Shown here: positions 1 to 10,971 of the stretch, in pieces
How the letters are laid out: each line of letters opens with the position of its first letter
How positions within the stretch are numbered: position 1 is the first letter of the stretch
Origin: Podarcis muralis
Taxonomy: Eukaryota
DNA length: 64,000 nucleotides
Assembly (NCBI RefSeq): GCF_964188315.1
Contig: NC_135671.1
Location: forward strand, 20,708,001 to 20,772,000
Direction: 5' to 3'
Notes under the pieces: model-generated
Databases searched by the model: none
Seen by the model: the letters and a program-made list of their open reading frames with translations, nothing else
What the model was told of the DNA's origin: nothing
Program-made: the position numbers and the translations under genes

Positions 1-266
1 AACTGTTAGTTAAAATCCTATCCTGCGGCAAGTTCAGCAAACACATGTACTTAGGTGCTTTCTTTTAACCATTAGTTAGATGTTAGTACTACCAGTTTAT
101 TTTGGCAGAAATGTTGCCTTGACATGCTTTTCCCCCAACGCAAGCCAAGCCAATGACTTATAAATGAATTTGTTATATATATATATATATTTATATATAG
201 TAATTGCATTGTTGCTTAGCACAATAACAAATGGGAAAATGGGATCATCTTAATAGATGGTCCTGG

Positions 267-993
267 TTGCGGGCAAGCCCTCAAACTGCCCCCCCTACCC
301 TGGTGCGGGTGGAGCTATCACCCTTACGCCAGGGTGGCACCACAATCATCCAGGGCTATTGCCCAATCATTTTGGAGGGTGATTGTGGGGGAAAGTACAA
401 AAGCGGCAGTGCAACATGTGCTCCTGCTTCGCATTGCCAAACACCTGCCTACCCTCCCTTTAATTTAAGTTCCTTTGGCCTTGCTCTGAACTTCGGTTGG
501 TTGCCCAGCTTGAGTCGGGGGCCGGGTAGGAATTTTTTCCATTTGGCAAATTGGCACGGGCCACTTGGTTTTTACCTACCTCTTAGCAATTGTCACAACT
601 TTGTAAGGTTTGGTGGTTAGGCATTGGCTTATGGTGAATGGGGGAGGGGAGGTTGGCCATTGCCTGCCCCTCCATTTCAAGGGTATTCCGTTAAAGAAAT
701 CTGGGTCCTGGATCTTGTCTGAAGTCTGCTTGAAGGGTGAGGGCCATGCCAGGCCTCTGGGAACACCAGGGGAGATGCAGGTGGGTTCCCCCGAAGCAGT
801 TTCCCTTTGGGTGGTTTCCTGCAAAGGGGACAGGTGTCAGATATAGTCTTGCCAATGCCTAAGTCAATACCGCTCTCATTCTTGTAATCAATAAAGTTTT
901 GGCCAAAATTTTGCCTAAAAACCTTAAACAAAATATCCATGTCTGTGTGAATTTCTTTAATGGAGGATCGGCTTGGGGGGTCTTGCCACGCAA
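267..993 (+). mobile_element. LTR-like element, TTGCG...CGCAA family, copy 1 (727 bp)
   Basis: Starts TTGCG at 267, ends CGCAA at 993. AATAAA at 890-895. Shares the core GGTAGGAATTTTTTCCATTTGGCAAATTGGCAC...GTCACAACTT with copies at 10.2, 25.8 and 50.2 kb. Confidence 0.75.
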
Positions 994-1173
994 CTGTTGA
1001 TTGCAAAGAATATGTGTAAATCAAAGGACATGTATTGTGTAAGTATTCAGTCATGAAGCTCAGCTGGTGACCTTGGCTCAGCCACTTTCTCTCCATCTAA
1101 CCTAAAATGGAAGATAAGGAACCATGCACTATCCTTGGAGGAAGTGAAGGATACATATGTAGAACAATGGTCA

Positions 1174-1291
1174 CACAATCACAGAATTGTAGAGCTGAAA
1201 GGGAACACAAGGGCCATTAGTCCAGCCCCCTGCAATACAGGAGTCCTTTGTCCATTGTGGGACTTGAACTCATAACCTTGAGATTCAGAGT
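1174..1291 (-). mobile_element. Degenerate tRNA-Lys-derived SINE with CR1-type 3' tail
   Basis: Minus strand ACTCTGAATCTCAAGGTTATGAGTTCAAGTCCCACAATGG resembles the tRNA-Lys 3' half, followed by a CR1-like tail ending CTCTACAATTCTGTGATT. Confidence 0.55.
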
Positions 1292-4200
1292 TTGTAAGAG
1301 CATGAACATACCTAGATGAAGAAGAAAAGGCATAATCACAATCCCATGGCTATAGTCCAGCAACTGCAGGTAAAGCCTTAAAGAAATGGTTGTCAAGTCA
1401 ATATGAAACTGTGTTTCATTTTCGTTTCCATTGTAGTGGCTTTCTGTTTTCAGGGCACATTATAAGAATCCTTTTTAAATGTCTGTTCCAAACTAGTTTG
1501 CACTTCACGTTATCAAGGATGAATGCACATATGGTTCAATGCATATTAAAGAACTGCATTGTGTTCTAAGTGTTTAGGGTAAATACTCATCTGTAAATGG
1601 CAAATGGAATAAGTAGACCAGCTTGGAGGTCATGTAGTAGCATTCAGAAATGATTTCGCTCATTTTATTATGTATTCAGAAAGAACGTCAGTATCTCTTC
1701 TTCCCAGAGTAAGGGATAATCTACAGCCAATATGTAATACGGTAATTGCGTAAAGCTTCCATGATATTAAACAATTGCTAGGCATAGCAACATGAATTAC
1801 TCTTGAACTCAAAACAGACTACAATGTATCTGGCCATACACTTTTGAGAATCATGTTTTTTTGCTTTGTCAAAAGAGAAATGAGTATTTTTCTCAAGGTC
1901 TTCTTTAGGGGCTCTGTGATATCATTTGGTATCATTTCAATGATACGTTTTCAGTTATTTTTTAATAGGGTTATTTAATTGATTTTTAATATTTAAGTTT
2001 ATTGCGGGATTTTTTAGCTATATCTGTTTTAATTTAAGATGTGAGCTACCTTGGATCTTGCATTGGAGGGAAAGTGTGATATAACAACCCTAAATAAGTT
2101 TTTGTTTTCAATTACAACTATGGAGTAGCTCTTGTTCTACTTATAACATCCATACAGAATTGCTCACTTTGCTCGATGGGGTTAGTTTTCTGTCTTGTTT
2201 CTATGCTATTAAAATGAAACTAAAAATTTCTCTAATTAGAGTTGGGGGGGGGGGGGCTTTTGTCCCTTGGAACCTCAATACAAATTATATATTTTTCAAT
2301 TCTGTAAGTTTAATGTTTACTGTAAATGTCATAAATTTTATTCACTGGTCTACATCAGCATTCACTTGAGCAAGGCTGATTTGTCTTTCACTTCTTGCCT
2401 CTGGGAGGTCCAGATGTGAAACAGTTTCAGAAATGAGTCATTAGCATCTTAGGGAGCTGGATTCAATAGAATAGAATATGCCTTAGTTGGGGACGTGTTC
2501 TCAAAAGACATAATATCTGTATAAAATGTAGATTTATTAAAAGACCCAGGTCTTGGAAATACAGCTAGATGTATAGTGGAAAGTCAACATACTAAAGAGA
2601 TGAATAATTACATATATTGGCCAGGTCTGCATAAAACACTAAGCCATAGTTTAGCATTATTAGCATGAGCTTTGGAGTCATGCGCTGCCCTGTTGTATCT
2701 TCTCCTCTGTTACACTGCAAGGAGGAGGGAGAATCAAAGTATTTGCCTCCATGTTCAACTAACTATGGCTTGCTATGTCTTAGCTGAGAACTGTGGTTAG
2801 TGTTAGCTATAGTTTACTGAAAAGCCAAGGTGATTAACCACGATTTGAAGTCAGATTTTCCAGTAAACTGTAGCAAGTGCTACCACGTAACAACAAATTG
2901 TGTTTAGGTAACAATGGAAGAAAATGCTTTTGATCTGGCTGCACTTTCGATGTGGCTGCGCTAGAAGGGTCCCATCAGCTTGACCTCATGCACACAACAA
3001 TAAACTATGGTTTAGTGCAGTCTTCCCAGCTTTGGGTCCCCATAAATGGTTGTATAACTTTCTCCATCATCTCCAGCCACCATGGCCCATTGACAGGGAT
3101 GAGGGGAGTCATAGTCCACAACAGCTTTGGCACCAATGTTGTGGGAAGTGCCAAAAACAGCACTTGTGTCCACGTTCTGCATTTGAACTATTTCAGTTGT
3201 TCCGGGAGTTTGAAAGCAGGAGAAAAAGATTTGAGCTGTGCCAAAAAATTGATCTGTTTTGCTTTTTAAGTGAAAGTCGTGTTTTGGGAGGGAGAAGTAG
3301 AAATATTCCCACCCAAAATCCTTCCGTGAGCGATCCGTTGTTGTGTAGTTTGTGGTGAATTCAAATAACAGAACATCATTATGAGTGTAGATGTGTGTGT
3401 GGAGGTACTTGAAGATAACTTGAAAAGTCATGGTATCAGAAGAAGAAATAACTAAACTCCTGTGGCAGTTTGTAAATGGTGTCTGAGTAATCCGAGCCTT
3501 ATTATGTCCAAGCAGCATTCAGAAAGAAGTTTTCCCTCACTTATTAAAGTCTAAAAAAAATAAAATAGCAATATAAGATACACTGCATTATGAAGCAGTT
3601 TCCTCCAGCGAATAAATATATCAATTCTACTTGGTAGCATCCTTCTAGCATTCATTAGAACTGTATCTAATCTTTGTAAAGTAAAGGAATGCATGATACA
3701 TCCCCCTTCAAGTTCTGAAGTAGGATTATGTTTCTGGAATTTGTTTCCCTTCCATCTCCCAAAGATACAAAGCATAGCTCAGCCTCATTTTGCTGGTCTG
3801 CCAGTGAACACCACACCTCATTAAAATCACAACCCATTTTTAACACACACCCTTGTGCCAGTACCCTTACCGTGGTTGTTTGATAGTGCTGAGACTCACT
3901 CTGATTAATTCCAGTTTAATTTACAAATCCTGGCCACTGGTGATCAGACAAATAGTTTGCATTTTCTCACGCAGTCCAAATGCTTTTGCTATCCTTTGTC
4001 TAATAAAGGAAGAATAAATAATTCACCACCTATGGCGTATCTTGGAATCTAAAGCAAGCAGTATAAACTAACCCAACACATCAGCAACTGAAAGACTTCC
4101 TTCAGCAGCAAAACCTCTTTCAAAATTAATGGCCTGCTGCTGCAGCAGGAGGACTGCTCAGGAATGGAAATATTTATAGTTTTCCTCCTAACTTCTGACC

Positions 4201-4380
4201 CTTGAAATTAAAAGCACTTTCTCCACCCCCTTAGATCCAGTTAACCCTCAGGAAAAATGCCTGTCAATTCATAGAAGAATTGTTTTGAAAGGCATTTGGA
4301 CAAAGCAGCTGTCTTCAGGTTGCAGGATGGAATGTATAAAGGAAGAGTCTCTGTATAGTCTGCTGAATATCGGTTCTGTT

Positions 4381-4480
4381 CAGTGCCAGATTTACGTATA
4401 AGCCAAACAAGCTATAGCTTAGGGCCCCACTCTCTTGGGGGCCCCCAAAAAAATTAAAGGAAAAAAACAAGACACATCTC
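4381..4480 (+). mobile_element. Fragment of the hAT MITE family seen intact at 18096-18524
   Basis: CAGTGCCAGATTTAC...AAGCTATAGCTTAGGGCCCCAC matches the left end of that element; the right TIR is absent. Confidence 0.7.
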
Positions 4481-4629
4481 CTTGGGAAGGGAACTTCACA
4501 ATTTTGGTGTCATTGTTAAAAGGGATACAACTGGCCTTAACTGCACAGTTCATATGACATTGGAATACTAGGGCGGGCTTGCTGGCGGTCAGAATATGCT
4601 TTGGTTCATGGAACCAAGTCCGCAAACTA

Positions 4630-4993
4630 GGTAAAGGTAAAGTACACCTGGACCGTTAAGTCCAGTCAAAGTTGCTCATCTCGCTTTCAGGCCTAGAGAG
4701 CCGGCGTTTGTCCACAGACAGTTTTCCGGGTGATGTGGCCAACATGACTAAACCTCTTCTGGCGTAACAGAACACTGTGACGGAAACCAGAGCACACGGA
4801 AATGCCACTTACCTTCCTGCCACAGTGGTACCTATTTATCTACTCGCAGTGGTGTGCTTTCTAACTGCTAGGTTAGCAGGAGCTGGGACAGAGCAATGGG
4901 AGCTCACTCCGTCGCAGGAATTCAAATCACCAACCTTTTGATCAGCAAGCCCAAGAGGCTCAGTGGTTTAGACCACAGTGCCACCCGCGTCCC
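4630..4993 (-). mobile_element. Sauria SINE, near full length
   Basis: Minus strand starts GGGACGCGGGTGGCAC, carries the CCTAGCAGTT...GTAGATAAATAGGTACC core and ends in a TACCTTTACC tail. Confidence 0.9.
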
Positions 4994-5029
4994 ACTACCG
5001 GTATGAAAACTACCCGTATGAAGCAGTAA

Positions 5030-5150
5030 CAACAACAACAGCAACAACAATTTTTATTTATACCTCACCTATCTTGCTGGGTTGCCCCAGCCACTCTGGG
5101 CGGCTTCCAGCACATATAAAAACATAATCAAACATTAAACAGGAAACGCT
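5030..5150 (-). mobile_element. L2 LINE 3' end remnant
   Basis: CCCCAGCCACTCTGGGCGGCTTCCA is the reverse complement of the L2 3' end at about 48900-48960; adjoins a short repeat tail. Confidence 0.7.
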
Positions 5151-5212
5151 GTTTCTGAGCATGTGTGAATGGCCGCCTCCCACTTTGGCCAACATCCACC
5201 CATACGTTGTTA

Positions 5213-5450
5213 TAGTGGACGTTCGGGTTGCAAACGTGATCCGTGTGGGATGCACACTCGCAACTCGCAGCGTTCGCAACCCGCGTCTGCACATCTGCGT
5301 CTGCACAGGTTGCGATTCAGCACTTCTGCGCATGCGCAAAGCACAATTTAGCGCTTCTCCGCATGCGCGACCGCTGAAACTCGGAAGTAACCCATTCTGG
5401 TACTTCTGGGTTTGGGTGGTCCGTAACCCGAAAAAATGCAGGTATGACTG
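5213..5450. mobile_element. Tc1/pogo (Tigger-like) MITE, CpG-rich
   Basis: Degenerate TIRs TAGTGGACGTTCGGGTTGC / GGTATGACTG, with TA on both flanks. Confidence 0.65.
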
Positions 5451-6368
5451 TACAGCTAATATTTCCCAGGTCATAGCATATACTTTCCAGGCAGGCTTGA
5501 AAGTGAGGCAACAGAACGAAATAGGCAGCCTAATACTATGAAGAAGAAGATATGGAACAGGGCTCTGATCTGCACAGCTGCATCGGGGCCCACAGGTGTC
5601 CTACTAGTCTTAATCCATTTGCAGTTGGCCAATATTTGTATCCTGTTATACACTTCATGAAGTTGTTTACCAAGATTGACTCCATTGTTCAGGGACAAAT
5701 ATTCCCAAGAAATTGTGGCAGCGCACACAGACACACTGCATTTGCTCTATCCTTGATAGTGGGAAATAAAACTTTAAACCACAATTGGGGATCCGATATA
5801 AATTTTATGAATAGCACCACAAATAGTTTTCATTTTTTAGAAAGAAAACTGAGCTGCAGTTGAAACTTCTTCACTCGCCTTTCATGCAGTGATAATTAAA
5901 AGAGGGAGGGGGATCAAAACAAAATCCCCAACTGGAAAATACACACTCTCTTTATAATTACCTATTTCAAAGCAGTAATTGAGCATTTCATTATAAAGAT
6001 GGTAATCAATCTGGAACAATACTCCAGGGAGAGCACACACATCAAGAGACTTATCCATTATAATAGAATGTGCAGCAGTAACTTCCTTGGGTTAGCATCA
6101 GTTGCTCAAGCATTTATTCTTTTGAAAGATGAAACCCCCTCAAAGTACACACTGCAGTGTTCCGTACAGAACTCTCCATTATCGTCTTACAGAGGGAAAA
6201 AAGAAAATGTTTTGTTTTAAGATAAGAGCAATTTATTAGAGGGTTTTAAATATTAAAATAACCTCTGAAAGAAACATCATTGCTTTCCCCACCTCCCAAC
6301 TGGTTTTCTGAAATTAAACTGACAGGTGATCGTAAATGAAAAATAAATAAATGTGAAATACCAGACAT

Positions 6369-6440
6369 TTAGAATCACAGAATCATAGCATTGGAAGGGA
6401 CCCTGAGGATAATCTAGTCCAACCCCCTGGAATGCAGGAA
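6369..6440 (-). mobile_element. CR1-type 3' tail remnant
   Basis: AGAATCACAGAATCATAGCATTGGAAGGGACCCTGAGG...CTAGTCCAACCCCCTG is the reverse complement of the typical CR1 3' end. Confidence 0.6.
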
Positions 6441-7404
6441 TATAAGCTTCTGGGGGAATGTTGACTTGTTTATAAGAGAATATAAATATCTGAAACATTG
6501 AATTGCAAAGAATTCAATGTTTCTTTGTAGTTTATCTGTCAGGTACTGGTTGTGTGTAACTGAAGTAAAGTCCTGCCAGCATGGGGAAAATATCATGTTG
6601 GTAAATAGATCTTGCTTGGTAGCTATAAGGGCAAAGTGATCAGCCATTATGTAACTGAGATTATTCTTTTATCTCAAACCATTTTTCTAGCTTTACAATC
6701 AATTGTAATAATGGATGGAAAGCAAGCTTATGTCCCAACTGTGTTGGCTTCATGCAACTCTTCAACATATCCTTGTAACCTTACAATGCAAGCACAGTTG
6801 GTGTATAATGAAACAGTCAGGATTGATTTGGAAATCAGCTATGCCTCTTCTCCAGTAAACAGTTTTATTTGTACCCAGCTTCTTCTAGAGTATGATCAAT
6901 ATCAAAAGTTCAGATAAATAGGAGAACCATTTAACAGAGTCGCATGACCATGAAGCAGTGGCTGTTGCAATTACTAGCTGGCAGCAGACTGTGTATGGTG
7001 GAAAAATTGTGGGGTAGCTTCTCCACTGACTATCTTAAAGCAATACGTGATACCTAGATAGGTTCCATATGAAGGCCTCTATGCAAAGATGTCTCATTTC
7101 CATAATTGCATGAGCTGGACAGTTGAGGGGTGTTGTGTGTGGGTTTGTGTGTGTGTGTGTGTGCGCGCGCATGGTGAAGGGGCAAATCAACACCATTCCT
7201 CAACCATGAAAAGTCTGTTGACACTTAGTTAATGATCTCTACATTGGAGCAATGTCTTCCATTGACTAAGGAATGCTGATTTTGGAAGCTGCATACACAC
7301 AATCTTAGCCACAGTCCACATCGATCCTGTAGTTTCTTGACAAATGCTAGCAGAGATTACAGATGGCTTGAAGGAATGGCTACAGGTGGTATTGGCGGTG
7401 AGCG

Positions 7405-7819
7405 CGAGGCTTGTGTGGCGGTTAGGCATTGGTTTAGCGCAGTGTGGGGAGGGGAGGTGCAGCCATCACCTGCCCTTCCATTTTATAGGGTATTCTGTTA
7501 AAGGAATCCAGGGGTCTGGATCTCGTCCAAAGCCCAGGGAGGGGCTAGGGCCATGCCAGGACCCCTGGGAACGCCAGGGGTAAGCACCAGTCAATAGCCA
7601 TTGATGGAGCTCTCCTGTCGGAAGTTTACCCTGTTAGGCTTTCTGTAGGGTGGGCAGGAGCCAGTTATAATCTTTGATACCAATGCCTAAGCCAATACCA
7701 GTCACACTTGTGTATTCAATAAAGTTGTGGCCTAAATTTGCCCATTAACCTTTAAACTAATTTCTGCGTCCATTGCGTCTTTATTTCCTTGGGGGCGGGT
7801 TTCGGGGCTTGACGTGCAA
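7405..7819 (+). mobile_element. LTR-like TTGCG...CGCAA family, 3' half only
   Basis: TTAGGCATTGG at 7422, CCAATGCCTAA at 7680, AATAAAGTTGTGGCC at 7718, end GACGTGCAA at 7819. The 5' boundary is uncertain. Confidence 0.7.
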
Positions 7820-8426
7820 ATCTTATTTGTTTGTTGAGTTTTATTCTTAAACCATCGTCAGTCTGAATAAAATACTGGGGATGGAGCCATTGGCAATGTG
7901 AACATACCCGAACAGCCGCTGTATATTCGCAGATGAGCGTGCATGCGCAGATGAAAGCTTAATGACTAGGAGAGCCGTGGTGCAACTCTTTTCTTTTCTT
8001 GTGAACATGCTGCTCTTGCTGAGATTTTACTACAAGGCCACAGGGTGGTTAACAAAAATGGCAAAAAATATATATAAATGTATCATCTTCTATATCTTCA
8101 GGTTCAGCACGTTTGCATATTAACCTTATGGATATGATTGGCCAGCTCATCTTCTTAACTTCTATAAAGAACAACAAAGTGGGTAACTTGTGTCTTGCAA
8201 ATTCCTTGACTTCTGAGGAAGACCCCTTGGGGGTCAAAATCTTTGGTCTCCAGCATCAGTTTGGATAGATAAGATTCGTACTGTTGCCTTTTAATAATTT
8301 TATTCCCGTATTCATGGTACATTTGTGTTTTCTGTGGGATTAAAACCTTATTTTATTATTGTACACATTTTAACAGCACTTTATATGCATTTTTTGCTCT
8401 CACCTAATTTTGCATCTAAGCTCATA

Positions 8427-8667
8427 CAGTGGAACCTCAGTTGTCGAACGTAATCCGTTCAGGAAGACAATTCGACTTCCAAAGTGTTCGACAACTGAGG
8501 CACAATTGCTGGTTAGCAAATTCCTTATCAAAAATGGAGAAACATGCCTCGGAAGCCATTTGACTTCCAAGGTGTGTTCGAAAACGGGAGCATTCACTTC
8601 CGGGTTGTCAGCATTTGGGTTCCTAATTGTTTGGCTTCTGAAGCATTCAACAACTGAGGTTCCACTG
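8427..8667. mobile_element. Tc1/pogo (Tigger-like) MITE
   Basis: TIRs CAGTGGAACCTCAGTTGTCGAA / TTCAACAACTGAGGTTCCACTG, TA TSD. Confidence 0.9.
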
Positions 8668-8812
8668 TATTATTTTCTGTCACAAATAGCTTTTTGTTTT
8701 CTTGTCTAGAGTGAGAAGCAACACCTCATAGACAGAAGATTCTTTAGGTTTTGTTGGCTCTTGATTCCTAGTCAGAGCTAACCTAATAATCTAATAAATA
8801 ACTAATAAAATA

Positions 8813-9038
8813 CAGTGGTACCTCGGGTTACATACGCTTCAGGTTACACACTCCGCTAACCCAGAAATAGTGCTTCAGGTTAAGAACTTTGCTTCAGGAT
8901 AAGAACAGAAATCGGGCTCCGGCGGTGCGGCGGCAGCAGGAGGCCCCATTAGCTAAAGTGGTGCTTCAGGTTAAGAACAGTTTCAGGTTAAGAACAGACC
9001 TCCGGAATGAATTAAGTACTTAACCTGAGGTACCACTG
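8813..9038. mobile_element. Tc1/pogo MITE, same family as 25563 and 46533
   Basis: TIRs CAGTGGTACCTCGGGTTA / TAACCTGAGGTACCACTG, TA TSD, internal GCTTCAGGTTAAGAAC repeats. Confidence 0.92.
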
Positions 9039-9714
9039 TAATTATATTTCACACACACACACATTTTCTCATTTTCAGTAATGAATTAATTTAATTTCCA
9101 AAAGATCAGGAAATTTGCAAAATTTTGTGCTACTTTGGCTTATTTTAATGTGTGGAGTCTATTGTGCTACTATTGCTTCACAAAGTATTTGTATCAAATC
9201 ATTTTATGCTGCCAATTGCTTTTGAAAAACAACCACTCTAGCTCTCCATCTTTAAATCTAATATGGCTATATTGCCATCAGGAAACTTTATAATAAAAGT
9301 GCAGTCAGGCTAAAACTAGCTGAAGCTGGATTACTGTCCTGAATCCATTCTGTGAATTCACAGTCTCAGTCACTCCTGCTTCCATTTGATTAGGCAACAA
9401 GTAGAACGGGTAACTTAGAAACCATAAGGTGAAATAAAAAGGTAAAGTGAGGGGGGGAAATTCACTGTGGAGAAATATGACATTAACATAATGCCTTGTG
9501 GTGCTGGAAACTAAGGTTTGTCTATAGGAAGTGGTGGGTGGAACCCATTTTCTGATTTAGCAAGGAATTTTTAAGAGCCATATCATGCAGAAGGACAAAG
9601 AGTAATTAATATATGTTATTGCAGTAGCCTTTGGGGAAGCTACCACTCCAAAATTCCCCTTTCTTTTGCACCTTGGTGTAGTGCTACCCAGCATGTTAGA
9701 GCCACGGAGAGGGA

Positions 9715-9717
<3 letters not shown>

Positions 9718-9762
<45 letters not shown>
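9718..9762. repeat. (AAT)n microsatellite
   Basis: Direct reading. Confidence 0.95.
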
Positions 9763-9763
<1 letters not shown>

Positions 9764-10222
9764 TCTAAGGAGAAAACCTTAGTCCTTTCTTCCTTTACAC
9801 CAAGTGAAGAGGAAGTAAATAGGAAGTAACAGGAGGAGGAATGTGTTTTGTGGGTGGGGCATTGGCCAGGAGGCATTTCAGGAAAAGAGACGGCTGTCAC
9901 GAATGGTGGCGTGGTTTTACAACCTCAGATTGCCTGGGAAACATGAGTTCTGGCTTTCTGGAGTAAAACTTGGGAAATTTCTGAGTGAATGTAACAAGAA
10001 GTATGAGCTCATACGTCTTGTGTCCCACCATGTGCTGGAGAGGTGGACATGTGAATGTGATACCACATCTTCTGTCTTTTCATCAAAGCAGGGCTGCTAC
10101 CTCTTTCCCCCTTTGTGTGCCATCTCTTGTAAATACACAGAAACCGAATGACTTATCACCTTTGAATTTTCTGGTACTAGCTAGTAAGCTAAAGCCACTT
10201 CCGCCTTAAGGAGGAGGTGGGG

Positions 10223-10971
10223 TTGCGGGCTCTCATGACCCCTCCATGTGCGTGGGGTGTGTGGTCAGCCACACACGATTGGGGGGGATTCCCGGCCGCG
10301 TCACTGACCAGGCGACCAATCCAATTGGTCTGGGGGTGTGGCCTGCTTGATTTAAGCAGAACGCAACAGGGAGCTCTCCCCTTTTCACGCTTCCAGCTGC
10401 TCCGGTTTTCCCACCCTTCCGCCCTTTAGGTTTTTCATCTCTTGACCTTGCTATGGGCTTTGGTTGGTCGCCGTTGAGGGACCTGGTAGGACTTTTTCCA
10501 CTTGGCAAATTGGCACCAGCCACTTGGTTTTCGCCTACCTCATAGCAAATTGTCACAACTTGGTAAGATTAGGCGTTTAGGCATTGGAATATGTCTGGAG
10601 AAGAGATGAGGGGAGGTAGTGCCATCACCTGCCCCACACATTGAAGCATATTCCATTAAATGATTCTGGGGCGCGTGGCCCTGTCCGAAGCCCGGTGAGG
10701 CCTAAGGCACGACCCCTATCGGTGACCCCTGGAGGAGCTCCTAGTTGATGTGCATCAGCAGGACTACCCCTACTGGTGGTTAACCCTTCCCAGACTCCCT
10801 GCAGATGGGCAGGAGTCAGATATAGTCGGTTAGGTCCAATGCCTAAGCCAATACCGCTCACAATCTGTAACCAATAAAGTTGTGGCCTTTTTTAGCCTAT
10901 TAACCTAAAATACTGGTGTCAAGTGTCTTTATTCAACCTCTGGGGGTGGGGGGTGGGACCTTGCCATGCAA
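10223..10971 (+). mobile_element. LTR-like TTGCG...CGCAA family, full copy (749 bp)
   Basis: TTGCG at 10223, TGCAA at 10967-10971, CCAAT motifs near 10316-10325, shared core, AATAAAGTTGTGGCC near 10873. Confidence 0.75.

Noticed and set aside
262-998. Apparent TSDs for the TTGCG family (CTGG/CTGT here; GCTGC/GCTGG at 25828/26546)
   Set aside because: Lengths are inconsistent (4 versus 5), both are imperfect, and no match exists at the 10.2 and 50.2 kb copies.
231-1096. ORFs of 78-139 aa overlapping the first LTR-like copy (and similar ORFs over the other copies)
   Set aside because: Reading frames are not conserved between the homologous copies and show no recognisable domain.
3012-3518. 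168-aa minus ORF and a short plus ORF MSVDVCVEVLEDNLKSH near 3380
   Set aside because: Partly overlaps a MITE, has no recognisable homology and no convincing splice-site pair.
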